Source of the DNA: a virus
IMG/VR virus record: IMGVR_UViG_3300009506_000025
Span: 1-64,000 of that record
Strand: one strand, 5' to 3'
DNA: 64,000 bases
Shown here: positions 19,413 to 29,349 of the stretch, one piece after another
How the letters are laid out: each line of letters starts with the position of its first letter
Position numbering within the stretch: position 1 is the first letter of the stretch
Program-made: the position numbers and the translations under genes
Notes under the pieces: model-generated
Told to the model about the DNA's origin: nothing
The model's input: only the letters and a program-made list of their open reading frames with translations
Databases searched by the model: none

Positions 19413-20255
19413 ATGCTAAGCCACTCGATCATCATCCCGCACCGGGACTACTCCAAGTACCTAGAGATGTGCCTCTGGTCGATCCGGTGCTCCGCGCACT
19501 GCTGCGACGTCGATGACTACGAGGTCCTGGTAGTAGACCAGGGCTCGAAGCTGCCCCCGACCCTCTACGATCCGCACGATCGCTTGATCAAGCAGCCCCG
19601 CGCGCCAGCCTATAGGTACATCCGCTACTTCAACAAGCCGATGGCACTGAACGAGGGGATCAGGCAGGCCAAGGGCGAGATCCTGACCTTCCTCGACGCG
19701 GACGCGATCGTTGGCGAACTCTGGATGGATTGCGTGAGCTGGTTGAAGGGAGAGAATGACCGTAACGCCATGACAAAACTTTGCTACCGCGTCCGCTATC
19801 TCCCCGAGACCGCATTGATTCGGATGGCGGCCCTGGAGCCGGACGCTAGGGAGAAGATGGTCTACGGTGAACGGGGCTTCTTTGACTGCTACCGAGACTT
19901 CCAGCGGGCGGTGGAGTGCTACGGGGAGCCCGACAAGGACCCGCACAACAATCCTCCAGGCAGGAAGTGGGACGGGGATGAGCCACCGGAGCATCCGATC
20001 TTCGGGAACTCGCAGTTTTCGATCCATCGCGACCAGCTCGGGAAGATCCGGTTCGACGAGAAGTACGTCGGCCGCGGGTTCGAGGACATCGCCATGAACC
20101 GGGAGATCTGGAGACGGAAGGGGGACAACTACCGAGCGGGGATCGTGCTCGATTCAAGGCACGCGATGTTCCACGTCCGCAACCCCAGCCAGGGGGAGAA
20201 GTGGGGGGCAGGCAAGCAGAACACCGCCAATCTCAGGAGGTACAACAAGACATGA
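19413..20255 (+). CDS. GT2/GT7C-like glycosyltransferase
   Basis: SIIIPHRD, VVDQGS, FNKP.A.N.G, FLDAD, FDE.Y.G.GFED. Confidence 0.85.
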   Translation: MLSHSIIIPHRDYSKYLEMCLWSIRCSAHCCDVDDYEVLVVDQGSKLPPTLYDPHDRLIKQPRAPAYRYIRYFNKPMALNEGIRQAKGEILTFLDADAIVGELWMDCVSWLKGENDRNAMTKLCYRVRYLPETALIRMAALEPDAREKMVYGERGFFDCYRDFQRAVECYGEPDKDPHNNPPGRKWDGDEPPEHPIFGNSQFSIHRDQLGKIRFDEKYVGRGFEDIAMNREIWRRKGDNYRAGIVLDSRHAMFHVRNPSQGEKWGAGKQNTANLRRYNKT

Positions 20256-21253
20256 GAGTCCTGGTTGCGGGGGCTGGAGGGTTCATCGGGGGGCACTTGG
20301 CCAGGGCGCTGGTCAAGGCTGGGCATGAAGTCCACGCCGTCGACATCAAGCCCTACGAGGAATGGTGGCAAGGGGCGGGGGCCGGAGGTCCCGCTTCCCT
20401 GTTCTTCTCGACTAACATTGCCTGCGAGAGAGAGGCAACATACCACTGCACAGGGATGGATTGGGTCTTCAATCTGGCCTGCGATATGGGGGGGATCGAG
20501 TTTATCGAGGGAAACAAGGCCCGCTGCATGGACTCGGTTCTGATCAACGCCAACCTGCTACGGGCTGCCAGGAAGAACAGGGTTAAGCGATACCTCTACA
20601 CCTCCTCGGCCTGCGTCTACCGGGCGGATCGGCAGGACGGCCCGGATCAGCCGCCGCTGAAGGAGGAGGATGCTTACCCGGCGATGCCCGAGGATGGCTA
20701 TGGCTGGGAGAAACTCTTTTCGGAGCGACACTGCCGGCACTACATGGAGGACTACGGCCTGGACTGCCGCGTGGTCCGGCTGCACAACGTATACGGCCCC
20801 CACGGGTCCTGGTGCGATGGACGCGAGAAGGCCCCGGCGGCGATTTGCCGCAAGGTGGCCGAGGCGAGGCTCCAGGGAGACGGGGAATTTATGATCTACG
20901 GGGATGGGACCCGGACCAGGACCTTCATGTGGATCGAAGACTGTGTCGAGGGGCTCCAGAGGATCATGGAGTCGGAGATCCGCCAACCGATCAACCTGGG
21001 TATCCAGGACGAGGTGGTCACGATCAACCGCCTGGTGGAACTCGTCCAAGAGGTGGCAGGAACGGACCTGGAGGTGAACCACGACCTCTCCCGGGCCCAG
21101 GGCGTCTACGGCCGATCTAGCGACAATACCATGATTCGCAGAGAGCTAGACTGGGAGCCGAGGACCCCGTTGCTGAGCGGCCTCGCCCGTACCTATCCCT
21201 GGATCGAGGACCAAGTGAGGAAGCGAGAATGCTTGAGTACCCCCACTCGCTGA
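20252..21253 (+). CDS. GDP-mannose 3,5-epimerase-like NAD-dependent epimerase
   Basis: GAGGFIG, FNLACDMGG..FI, SSACVY, PEDGYGWEKL, HNVYGP.G.W..GREKAPAA.CRK, GRSSDN. Confidence 0.9.
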   Translation: MRVLVAGAGGFIGGHLARALVKAGHEVHAVDIKPYEEWWQGAGAGGPASLFFSTNIACEREATYHCTGMDWVFNLACDMGGIEFIEGNKARCMDSVLINANLLRAARKNRVKRYLYTSSACVYRADRQDGPDQPPLKEEDAYPAMPEDGYGWEKLFSERHCRHYMEDYGLDCRVVRLHNVYGPHGSWCDGREKAPAAICRKVAEARLQGDGEFMIYGDGTRTRTFMWIEDCVEGLQRIMESEIRQPINLGIQDEVVTINRLVELVQEVAGTDLEVNHDLSRAQGVYGRSSDNTMIRRELDWEPRTPLLSGLARTYPWIEDQVRKRECLSTPTR

Positions 21254-21876
21254 CAGCGGAGGAGATCCGGGACCTCGTGGGCGTGGCCCCCCTGATGCTG
21301 GAGATCGGCTGCCACGACGGCTCGGACACGGCGAAGTTTCTCAGGGCGATGCCCGAGGCGATCATCCACTGCTTCGAGCCCTACGAGAACCCGAGGCGGA
21401 GATTCCGTGAGAGCGTCGGGACCTCCAAGCGGGTCCGTCTCTATCCGGTGGCGGTCTGTGACATCGATGGTCAAGTTGAGTTCTACGCCTCGACCGGCGC
21501 CGCCGGTGGCCGGGAGGACTGGGACTACTCCGGGAGCATCAACCGGCCGACGGGCCACCTCAAGCGGTCCCCGGAGATCGCCTTCAAGCCCCCGATCACG
21601 GTCGAAGGGATGCGACTGGACACCTGGTTCGAGGAGCACTCGCTGCCGAAGATCGACTTCATCTGGGCCGATGTCCAGGGTGCCCAACGGAAGGTGATCG
21701 AGGGTGGACAGCGAGCCCTACTGGCGACCCGGTATCTCTATATCGAGAGGCACCGATGGCCGTTGTACCAGGACGAGCCCACCCCGGACGAGCTGCTCAG
21801 ACTCCTACCGGGATTCAACCCCCTGGCGGAGTACGCCCGAGAGAACGTACTCCTGGAAAACAGGTACGCCAAGTGA
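21229..21876 (+). CDS. FkbM-family methyltransferase
   Basis: LEIGCHDG, CFEP, IDFIWADVQGA. Confidence 0.9.
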   Translation: MLEYPHSLTAEEIRDLVGVAPLMLEIGCHDGSDTAKFLRAMPEAIIHCFEPYENPRRRFRESVGTSKRVRLYPVAVCDIDGQVEFYASTGAAGGREDWDYSGSINRPTGHLKRSPEIAFKPPITVEGMRLDTWFEEHSLPKIDFIWADVQGAQRKVIEGGQRALLATRYLYIERHRWPLYQDEPTPDELLRLLPGFNPLAEYARENVLLENRYAK

Positions 21877-22772
21877 GCTGCGAGTTTCACAGAGCGGCGG
21901 ATACGCTGCGGAAGATCAACAGCCTGGGCGTGGCCGGACGCGCGAAGGATGCCTCGGACAGCATCAAGGTGATCGACTCCCTGCTCTCGACCTACAACCA
22001 GGCGAAGTCAGCTAACCACCTGGCAAAGTTTCAACCGGCGATGGACGGGTTCCTAGCAGCCACACGCAAGTCGATGACGGAACTCGTCTACGCGGTGGAA
22101 CAGATGGCCGAGATCGTCGGTCCCCAAAACTTCAACGCCTCGCCCCCGGCGTTGGAGTCGATGGCCGCCATGCGTAGCCGCAACTTCCCGGAGGCACCCC
22201 AGGTGGGCGCCCTGCACGGGGAGGATGCGATTATAAGGGATCTGCTTCCGGAGTCGGTCGGCCACTACGTCGACATCGGGGCCTGGCGCCCAGTAGAGCA
22301 GTCGAACACCTGGGCCCTCTACCAGCGGGGATGGAGGGGGCTGTTGATCGAACCGGTCCCCCAGGCTTGGGGCGCTATTTTGCATCAGCGACCAGGGGAT
22401 TTTCTGGCGCCCTGGGCAGTGAGCGACACCGCAGGACCGACCCGCATGTGGGTCAACGGCCCCCTGAGCACGATCCGGCCGGACAAGGCCCTGGCGGAGT
22501 CGAGTGAGATCGTGGTGCAAGGGCTTCCCTTGAATCAGATCTTGAAATTCTTTCCCACCATCCGTGATCAGTGCCTGATGTGCAGCATCGACGTCGAAGG
22601 CGCTGAAGAGGCGATCCTGAAATCTACCGACTGGAAGAAGTTCTCGCCCAGGATTCTAGTGGTGGAGTTCATCCACGGAAACCAAGACTCCATCAAGGCG
22701 ATCCTGACCGCAGCGGGTTACCGGAAGCAGGCCGACACCCGCAACAACCTGATCTTCAGCCGGAAGGAATAG
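21873..22772 (+). CDS. FkbM-family methyltransferase with N-terminal helical extension
   Basis: GTGA-coupled start; YVDIGA..P...SNT...Y..GW.G.LIEP, SIDVEGAE. Confidence 0.85.
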   Translation: MSCEFHRAADTLRKINSLGVAGRAKDASDSIKVIDSLLSTYNQAKSANHLAKFQPAMDGFLAATRKSMTELVYAVEQMAEIVGPQNFNASPPALESMAAMRSRNFPEAPQVGALHGEDAIIRDLLPESVGHYVDIGAWRPVEQSNTWALYQRGWRGLLIEPVPQAWGAILHQRPGDFLAPWAVSDTAGPTRMWVNGPLSTIRPDKALAESSEIVVQGLPLNQILKFFPTIRDQCLMCSIDVEGAEEAILKSTDWKKFSPRILVVEFIHGNQDSIKAILTAAGYRKQADTRNNLIFSRKE

Positions 22773-22775
22773 CTG

Positions 22776-23534
22776 GTGAGTACGATCCGCTGGCGAGAGA
22801 TCGAATGGTGGTACGTCAACCTCTCCACCCGCCCCGACCGCCGGGAGCACGCCGAGGAGCAATTCGCCCGCCATGGCCTCCAGGCCCGGCGCTTCGAGGC
22901 GTACACACCGGACCAGTGGAATGGGCCCGGCGCGGACGTCGCCATGATGCGTCCGACTCCCGGGGCGATCGGTTGCTTTATGTCCCAACGCGAGGTCACA
23001 CGAACTGTGGAGGGGACAGATAGGGTGGTGGCCGTCTGCGAGGACGACGTGCTGTTCTGCGACGATCTCTGCGATCGCCTCCAGTACATCGAGGAGAACT
23101 TCCATAAACCCTGGGACGTCTTCTGGCTGGGATCGACCTACCACGTCAACCCGCCAGTCTGGCACACCAAGGATCTGGGAAGGGATTTCTGCCAGACAGA
23201 CGTGAAACATATCCACCGGGCCTACGGGCTCTGGGGGACCTACGCCTACCTGGTCAACGGCCGTAGTGTCTCCAGGATCATGGAACTCTTCCAGCGGGAC
23301 CTGCCAAAGGCCCGGGGGATCGACGATCTCTACATCATGCTGGAGCCGGAGATCAACAGCTACTGCTTCACCCCCGGGATGGCGTTTCAGATCGACGGGA
23401 AGACGAACATCGGCGTAGGGGGAGACGGGATGACCATCTTCTCGAACTTCCACAAGCTGGGGCCCTATGTCTTCACGAAGCGGCTGGAGGATTTCGACTA
23501 CGACTCGTTCAATTGGGCGGAGGGGAAGCGATGA
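22776..23534 (+). CDS. GT25 (LPS biosynthesis-type) glycosyltransferase
   Basis: YVNL..RPDRR, G.IGC..S, EDDV.F, W.T.AYLVN. Confidence 0.85.
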   Translation: MSTIRWREIEWWYVNLSTRPDRREHAEEQFARHGLQARRFEAYTPDQWNGPGADVAMMRPTPGAIGCFMSQREVTRTVEGTDRVVAVCEDDVLFCDDLCDRLQYIEENFHKPWDVFWLGSTYHVNPPVWHTKDLGRDFCQTDVKHIHRAYGLWGTYAYLVNGRSVSRIMELFQRDLPKARGIDDLYIMLEPEINSYCFTPGMAFQIDGKTNIGVGGDGMTIFSNFHKLGPYVFTKRLEDFDYDSFNWAEGKR

Positions 23535-24292
23535 GCGAACTCACCGAGAAGGAATTTCACGATCAGGTCGAGGACACCTACCGGAGGATGTACCTTGAGC
23601 CCGATGCGCCCGCCCCATCGATGACGGCCGCGGAGTACCGCGGGCTCTACGGCGAGGTGGTGACCAACGACTGCTACGGACTGGGGGCGATAGAGTTTCA
23701 GCCCGAGGTGATCTTCGATCTAGGGGCGAACGTGGGGGTGTTTACCAACTTTGCACGCCGGCTTTTTCCCGAGGCAACGATCATAGCCGTCGAGCCCGAC
23801 GAGCAGAACATGCAGAACATGAGCTACCTGGCAACGGATCACAGCCAGACGGTGTTCATGGAGTACGCAATCGGACTTGGTCTGGTCTATTCTGCCGGAA
23901 GCCTAGCGAACGGAGCCCACCGTTCCTATATCTGCGATGGATCAGAGTACCTCCGACCATTTACCCAGGAGGGCGGGCGGTACAAGCTCTCCGATGTTCC
24001 TGCAATCACCCTCTCCGCACTGATGGACCTTTTTCCGATCCAGCCGCGTTTCATCAAGGTGGATATTGAAGGAGGGGAGGCGGCGATTTTCGAGCACGAG
24101 AAATCGATGCTGGCGCTCGCCGAAACGGAGGCATTTGCAATAGAGCTACACGATCGGTGGTGGGCGACCAGACTACAATCGCTGCTATCTGAGACCCACT
24201 CTGCCGAGTGGGAGCCTCGGACCTGCGTGCTGAAGGCAAGGAAGAGATCGCCGGCGACACCCCCATCGCGAGGAAGACCAACTCAGGAGTAA
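23531..24292 (+). CDS. FkbM-family methyltransferase
   Basis: IFDLGANVG.F, AVEP, FIKVDIEGGE. Confidence 0.9.
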   Translation: MSELTEKEFHDQVEDTYRRMYLEPDAPAPSMTAAEYRGLYGEVVTNDCYGLGAIEFQPEVIFDLGANVGVFTNFARRLFPEATIIAVEPDEQNMQNMSYLATDHSQTVFMEYAIGLGLVYSAGSLANGAHRSYICDGSEYLRPFTQEGGRYKLSDVPAITLSALMDLFPIQPRFIKVDIEGGEAAIFEHEKSMLALAETEAFAIELHDRWWATRLQSLLSETHSAEWEPRTCVLKARKRSPATPPSRGRPTQE

Positions 24293-24295
24293 CCC

Positions 24296-24841
24296 GTGGA
24301 AAAGATCACGAGCAGGGCACACTTCTACAAGCTCCTCGACAGACCGGAGTTGAAGCAGGCGGCGGCGGAGGTCGGGGTAGCTGAAGGCAGGTATTCCCGC
24401 GAGATCCTTTCGTGGGGAATAGGTAAGCTCTACCTTGTAGACCTGTGGGAGGAGATCGGGGGGATGAAGGGGTGCCCAAGCACCGGGCAACACCAGCAGA
24501 ACTACGACTCCTGCCTCCGTATCGTCGAACAATTTCCTGGTCGGGTGATCCTCCTGAAGGGATGGTCCTGGGAGCAGGCCAAGAATGTTCCCGACAATTC
24601 GCTGGGCCTGGTCCATCTCGACGCGCACCACTACTACGAGTCGGCGGTCAAAGACCTGGCGGCATGGTGGCCGAAGCTCCTGCCCGGGGGTGTGATGTCG
24701 GGCCATGATTATCTGGCCCACGAGTACACGGTCAGACAGGCAGTGGACGAGTTTGCTACAGCAAGAAAGATCGAGGTCCTTGTTGATAGGCCAGACGATC
24801 CCCGCAATGCCTCGTTCTATTTCAGAAAGCCCCCGGCATGA
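24296..24841 (+). CDS. Methyltransf_24-like methyltransferase
   Basis: AEVGVAEG, VDLW, LDAHHYYE, W.PKL.PGG..SGHDY. Confidence 0.85.
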   Translation: MEKITSRAHFYKLLDRPELKQAAAEVGVAEGRYSREILSWGIGKLYLVDLWEEIGGMKGCPSTGQHQQNYDSCLRIVEQFPGRVILLKGWSWEQAKNVPDNSLGLVHLDAHHYYESAVKDLAAWWPKLLPGGVMSGHDYLAHEYTVRQAVDEFATARKIEVLVDRPDDPRNASFYFRKPPA

Positions 24842-25614
24842 ACATCAAGGTCCTCACGGGCTACCAGGGCGATTGCCTCTATCGCGAGCTGACGCTGGCG
24901 AACCTTGGAGAATACTGCGCCAGGTGGGGCCACACGTTCGTATCTCGATTCGGCGACTGGATGGACGAGCGTGGCGAGATGGAGGAAACGGCCCGGAGGT
25001 TTTTGGAGAGATCCGGAGGAAGGATCTCGGAAGAGGAATACGCCATCCGTCCAGAGCACGCGACCCGCAAGATGACCCTTACCTGGGCCAAGCATCTACT
25101 GATCCGGGAGGAACTAGGCGGCTGCGACTGGCTCCTGTGGCTGGACGCCGACTGCAAGATTATGGATATGCGGGTGTCCCTGGATTCGCTGATAGACAGC
25201 GACCACGATCTTGTCCTTTCTGGAATGTTTCCCGAGTGCTGGGCGGCCAATACCAAGGCAGTGATGTGCAAGGAAGCGCCAGAGGGGCACGGGGTCGTCT
25301 CGCTTGGGATCATGTTGATGAGGAACTGTACCTGGACTTGGGATCTTCTGGACGCCTGGTGGGCGTCGCGCAACAAGGACTGGGCGAGAGAGAAACCCTA
25401 CGAGTGCATGTACCATGGAGACAATCAGTGGTTCTCGTGCCATTTCATGCTCAAGGCCCCCGGCCGGGATCGAGTAAAGGTCGTGCCCAAGGAGACGATG
25501 GGTTGGTGCCACCACAAGCCAGACCTCCAGCAGTTCATAATCCACCTCTACGGGAGCATCGAGGTGAATCGGCTGGCCATGCTCCGGGACTTGGAACGCT
25601 TTGTGAAACGATAG
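24838..25614 (+). CDS. GT34 (GMA12/MNN10-like) glycosyltransferase
   Basis: N..EYC..WG, W.K..LI, DWLLWLDAD, G..L.RN..W. Confidence 0.75.
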   Translation: MNIKVLTGYQGDCLYRELTLANLGEYCARWGHTFVSRFGDWMDERGEMEETARRFLERSGGRISEEEYAIRPEHATRKMTLTWAKHLLIREELGGCDWLLWLDADCKIMDMRVSLDSLIDSDHDLVLSGMFPECWAANTKAVMCKEAPEGHGVVSLGIMLMRNCTWTWDLLDAWWASRNKDWAREKPYECMYHGDNQWFSCHFMLKAPGRDRVKVVPKETMGWCHHKPDLQQFIIHLYGSIEVNRLAMLRDLERFVKR

Positions 25615-25624
25615 GTGGATCATA

Positions 25625-26287
25625 GTGGACGTCAGATTCACGAACATCACGCCCGTAGAGCCGCTGGTCCGAAACCCCGATAGCATCTCGGATGGGGAGA
25701 AGACAGTTATCGTCGTGGGTCTCGGCCGGGGAGGGACATCCGTCGTTGCGGCGGTGCTGGATGCCTTGGGGGTCTACATGGGACCGCGGGAGGAGCTGAG
25801 TACACAAGGGGCATTTGAGTCCGCCGTGTTCATCCATGGAACCCGCCAGGATCGCGAGGCGGAGATCGCCAGACTCAATGAATTGCATTCCATCTGGGGC
25901 TGGAAATGGCCCTATGGCGCTGATTTGCTTAGCGATATGTATGCCGGAGTGAGGAACCTCCATCCGATCTTTGTCTTCCGGGATGTCGTCGCCCTAATGC
26001 AGTCCTACGCGGTCCACGCCAACGAGTCGGTGGACGAAGTTGCCGAGAACCTTTGGGGGAGGTACTGCAATCTTTACGAGGCGGCGATGGGGACGGAACT
26101 CCCGGCACTACTGGTCAGTTTCGAGCGGGTGAAGATGCGCCCGGTGGATTTCGTCCACAGCGTAGCAGACTTCCTGCGTCTTGAGATCACTAGTTCCCAA
26201 GTTTCGGAGGCAGCGTCCCGGGTCAGTTTCCGTGGAGGATACCTGATCATGCCGGACGAGTACACGGATCGGAGGAAGGCCAAATGA
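25625..26287 (+). CDS. PAPS-dependent sulfotransferase-like protein
   Basis: 5'PSB-like IVVG.GRGGTS, WGWK.P, 3'PB-like IFVFRD.....QS, LVSFE. Confidence 0.75.
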   Translation: MDVRFTNITPVEPLVRNPDSISDGEKTVIVVGLGRGGTSVVAAVLDALGVYMGPREELSTQGAFESAVFIHGTRQDREAEIARLNELHSIWGWKWPYGADLLSDMYAGVRNLHPIFVFRDVVALMQSYAVHANESVDEVAENLWGRYCNLYEAAMGTELPALLVSFERVKMRPVDFVHSVADFLRLEITSSQVSEAASRVSFRGGYLIMPDEYTDRRKAK

Positions 26288-27072
26288 GCTTTAGCTTTGC
26301 AGTGACGGCCTACAATGAACTGTCCGAGGAGGGACGGCACGGCGACTTCATCCTCCGCTGCATCCGTCCCGCCCAGGAGCACCCCGCGATCGATGAGATC
26401 GTGGTGGTGGACGACAGCCCGTCAGACGAGGGCCTCGGCGCGTTCCTCGATGGTCAGGCGAAGGTTCAGTTCTTCCGCAACCCCCAGAACCTCGGGGTCT
26501 TCGGCAACAAGCTCGAAGCGGTGGCCCGCTGCCGGGGGGACTGGGTGATCAACTGTGACTCTGACAACTTCATGGACCGGGCCTATCTGGACAGCGTCAT
26601 AGCCCACGCGCAGCTCGGTGACACCTGGATCTCGGCCAGCTTCGCCAGGCCAGAGTTCGATTATCGGGGTCTCACGGGACTCTGGTCACGCGAGAACCTC
26701 CGAGAATTGCTCAGCCGTCCCCGGGCGGGATGCCTCCTGAACACCGGCAACCAGACAGTCTACCGTCCGGCCTTCATGGAACTCTTCGAGCGGGTGCGTG
26801 GTCTCCGGCCCGACCTGCTGATGCCCAACTGGCTCAATATCCCCGATGACCAGCGGCCAGCCCACCACTGGAGATTGGTCTTCGACGCCCTGGATTCCAC
26901 AATCTACAACATGATCTGGCTGCGGGCCGGTAATCGAATCCGGGTGGTCGAGGGGTTGGAGTACGATCACCACTACTCCTCCGGCGCCGACTCCAACTAC
27001 TCCCGCGCCCCCCGGGACAAGGACCGGCTCTCGGACGTCCTGCTACGCGAACTAGAACAGCTTGCAAGATGA
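26284..27072 (+). CDS. GT2 glycosyltransferase
   Basis: AVTAYN, IVVVDD, RN..NLG...NK, DSDN. Confidence 0.85.
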   Translation: MSFSFAVTAYNELSEEGRHGDFILRCIRPAQEHPAIDEIVVVDDSPSDEGLGAFLDGQAKVQFFRNPQNLGVFGNKLEAVARCRGDWVINCDSDNFMDRAYLDSVIAHAQLGDTWISASFARPEFDYRGLTGLWSRENLRELLSRPRAGCLLNTGNQTVYRPAFMELFERVRGLRPDLLMPNWLNIPDDQRPAHHWRLVFDALDSTIYNMIWLRAGNRIRVVEGLEYDHHYSSGADSNYSRAPRDKDRLSDVLLRELEQLAR

Positions 27073-28001
27073 ACACGATCACGATGCGGGAATTTGGCAA
27101 GTGGGGGCGCTGGGGAAACCAGCTCTTTCAGTACGCCTTTCTGAAGATCTATGCGAGTAAGTGGGGATGTGAACTCCAGCTGCCTCCCTGGGTAGGCAAC
27201 GTGCTACTGGCAGCGAACGATCCACCGATCACCGTGGCGCTACCGCAGACGAGAGAGACCACCGACAAGCTGGAACAGGGGCAGCCACCCAACGGTGCCG
27301 AGCTGGTCGGCAGGGACTACCAGGGCTACGCCCAGTTCCACACGGGGTACTATCGGCCACACGAGGAGCGAATCCGAAACGACCTTTGGCTCCCCTCGCC
27401 CCAGCTCAGGGGCAGGATGCGTCCGGCCATGGAGAAGCTCTGGGGCATGGGCAAGTCCAGGATCGGAATCCATCTCCGCCGCGGCGACTTCGGACGGCTC
27501 TGCTTCTACGTCACCCCGGTCGACTGGTATCTCCGGTGGTTAGACGAGCATTGGAAGCGGTTTGAGGAGCCCGTGCTTTTCATCGCCACGGAGACTCCAG
27601 ATCTCGTAAGGGAGTTCTCCGACTATCACCCCGTCACAACGACCGACCTCGGGATAGATCTCACTGGAGGACCGATGGAACACTACCAGTACCTCCGCCC
27701 CGACCTGCGGATGCGCGAGCCATGGCAGATGGATTTCTTCCCAGACTGGTGTATGCTGGCGTCCTGCGATGTGGTCCTGGCGCCGAATAGCACGTTCTCG
27801 TTCACCGCAGCGATGGCCGGCGACCCTCCGGAATTCTGGAGATCCTCGCTGCCTGCGGGCGCCTTCGTACAGGAAGACGTCTGGGACACCTTCCCCTTTC
27901 AGCACGTTAGGGCCGAGGACTATTGCCATATCCCCGGGGTCTGTCTGGACGAGACGGAATACTGGGTGCGGCTGCCCGATGGGAGGTTCAGGGAGAAATG
28001 A
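27069..28001 (+). CDS. GT11 alpha-1,2-fucosyltransferase-like
   Basis: GR.GNQLFQYA, GY.Q...YY, GIHLRRGD, NSTFS. Confidence 0.85.
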   Translation: MNTITMREFGKWGRWGNQLFQYAFLKIYASKWGCELQLPPWVGNVLLAANDPPITVALPQTRETTDKLEQGQPPNGAELVGRDYQGYAQFHTGYYRPHEERIRNDLWLPSPQLRGRMRPAMEKLWGMGKSRIGIHLRRGDFGRLCFYVTPVDWYLRWLDEHWKRFEEPVLFIATETPDLVREFSDYHPVTTTDLGIDLTGGPMEHYQYLRPDLRMREPWQMDFFPDWCMLASCDVVLAPNSTFSFTAAMAGDPPEFWRSSLPAGAFVQEDVWDTFPFQHVRAEDYCHIPGVCLDETEYWVRLPDGRFREK

Positions 28002-28525
28002 GAGATCTCGACGAAACCACGCTCAGCAGAATCGTCAGCGAAATGCTCTGCAATCGCTGGCGGAACATTCCCGAGCTAAAGGAGATGCTGGAGTGCTCCG
28101 TGGATGGCTATGGTCCTGGACGTACTAGCGATCGGGTGTCCCGCCAGATGGAGTTCACAATTAGGATTCCAAAAGCGGAATATATGTGCGAGAAGTCGTG
28201 GAAGAGGCCGGTAGAGAAAATCCCCTGGGACCCCGAGGGCCTAATGAACCCGGAGGCATGGAGTCGTCACTTGCACGATGCGATCGACGAGATCACCGAG
28301 GTCTTTCAGGAATGGCTAACGTATGCCACCTGCGCCGCGCCCATGCTGGGACTGCCCCACCCCCAGCCGCGTCTCGCCTGGCCTGGACCGCTCACAGCAG
28401 AAGTATCGCGAGATTTTTGCTACGCGTCGCTCGTGGTAGCCCTTGAGCTGTGGGTGACTATCATTGACGGCTCGCAGGAGCTGATGGTGTTAGGAAATAT
28501 CTCCCACAGAGGAGTCGGAAGATGA
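27998..28525 (+). CDS. Hypothetical protein
   Basis: ATGA overlaps at both ends; no recognisable motif. Confidence 0.6.
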   Translation: MRDLDETTLSRIVSEMLCNRWRNIPELKEMLECSVDGYGPGRTSDRVSRQMEFTIRIPKAEYMCEKSWKRPVEKIPWDPEGLMNPEAWSRHLHDAIDEITEVFQEWLTYATCAAPMLGLPHPQPRLAWPGPLTAEVSRDFCYASLVVALELWVTIIDGSQELMVLGNISHRGVGR

Positions 28526-29184
28526 ACGCAGTCACGGTATGCGTCAACTATGACGATTACCTGGCACTGACGTTGCCATGGAACGTCGGGCACTTTGACG
28601 CCTGGCTGATCATCACCGATCTGGAGGACGAAGCTACCCGGCGGCTGGTCGAGGACTCCCCCTGGGACAATGTCGAATGCTACGCCACGGACGCCTTCTA
28701 TCGAGGCGGCGCGCCGTTCCGCAAGGGCCTGGCGATCGAGGAGGGCTTCGACGCCCTGGGTCGCGAGGGATGGATGATGGTCCTGGACGCTGACGTGATC
28801 CTCCCCGAGGCGTTGACCAGACCGAGAGAGGGCTGGCTGGAAGACTGCATCTACTCGCCCCAGCGGCGGCTTTGCGAGGACGTCCGCTGGTTCACGCACG
28901 AACTGGAGTGGGACACACTCCCCTACGGGAACGAGAAGGTGATCTTCCCTTTCGAGTTCGCCGGATACTGCCAGCTATTTCATGCCTCCGCAAGCTGCCT
29001 GAAGAAACGCCCTTGGTACGGAGTAGATCACCCAACCGCCCAGGCGTGCGACAGCGACTTCTACTCGAAGTGGCCCAAGGCGAAGCGGGTACGGCCACCC
29101 TTTGAGGTCCTGCACCTCGGGCCGACGCGGGTGAACTGGAGCGGGAGGGTGAGTCCCAGGCTGGGGATCAATCGTGACCACTGA
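28522..29184 (+). CDS. GT-A fold glycosyltransferase-like
   Basis: TVCVNYDDYL..TLP.N, F.KG.AI..G, LDADV.LP, GY.QLF, D..F..KW, HLG....NW.GR. Confidence 0.75.
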   Translation: MNAVTVCVNYDDYLALTLPWNVGHFDAWLIITDLEDEATRRLVEDSPWDNVECYATDAFYRGGAPFRKGLAIEEGFDALGREGWMMVLDADVILPEALTRPREGWLEDCIYSPQRRLCEDVRWFTHELEWDTLPYGNEKVIFPFEFAGYCQLFHASASCLKKRPWYGVDHPTAQACDSDFYSKWPKAKRVRPPFEVLHLGPTRVNWSGRVSPRLGINRDH

Positions 29185-29199
29185 AGCGAGGACAATCTC

Positions 29200-29349
29200 A
29201 TGCCAAGGGTTCTCGACGGAAGGCGACTGACCGCCAAGGAACACCGGATCTGGAAGGCGGTGATGGAATCCAGTGGGTCGGGAGGCGCGGCCACCAACGC
29301 GGTGAGGGTCCACCGGAAGATGAGGCGCAAGCGATCGGGAAAGCAGTGA
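29200..29349 (+). CDS. 49-aa basic peptide
   Basis: GAGG SD; MPRVLDGRRLTAKEHRIWKAV...; GTGA overlap with the next gene. Confidence 0.5.
   Translation: MPRVLDGRRLTAKEHRIWKAVMESSGSGGAATNAVRVHRKMRRKRSGKQ

Noticed and set aside
12205-29184. GT island as a DNA-hypermodification or host LPS locus
   Set aside because: No base hydroxymethylase/TET and no flippase, polymerase or ligase recognised; the genes are interleaved with virion-type ORFs. Not fully excluded.
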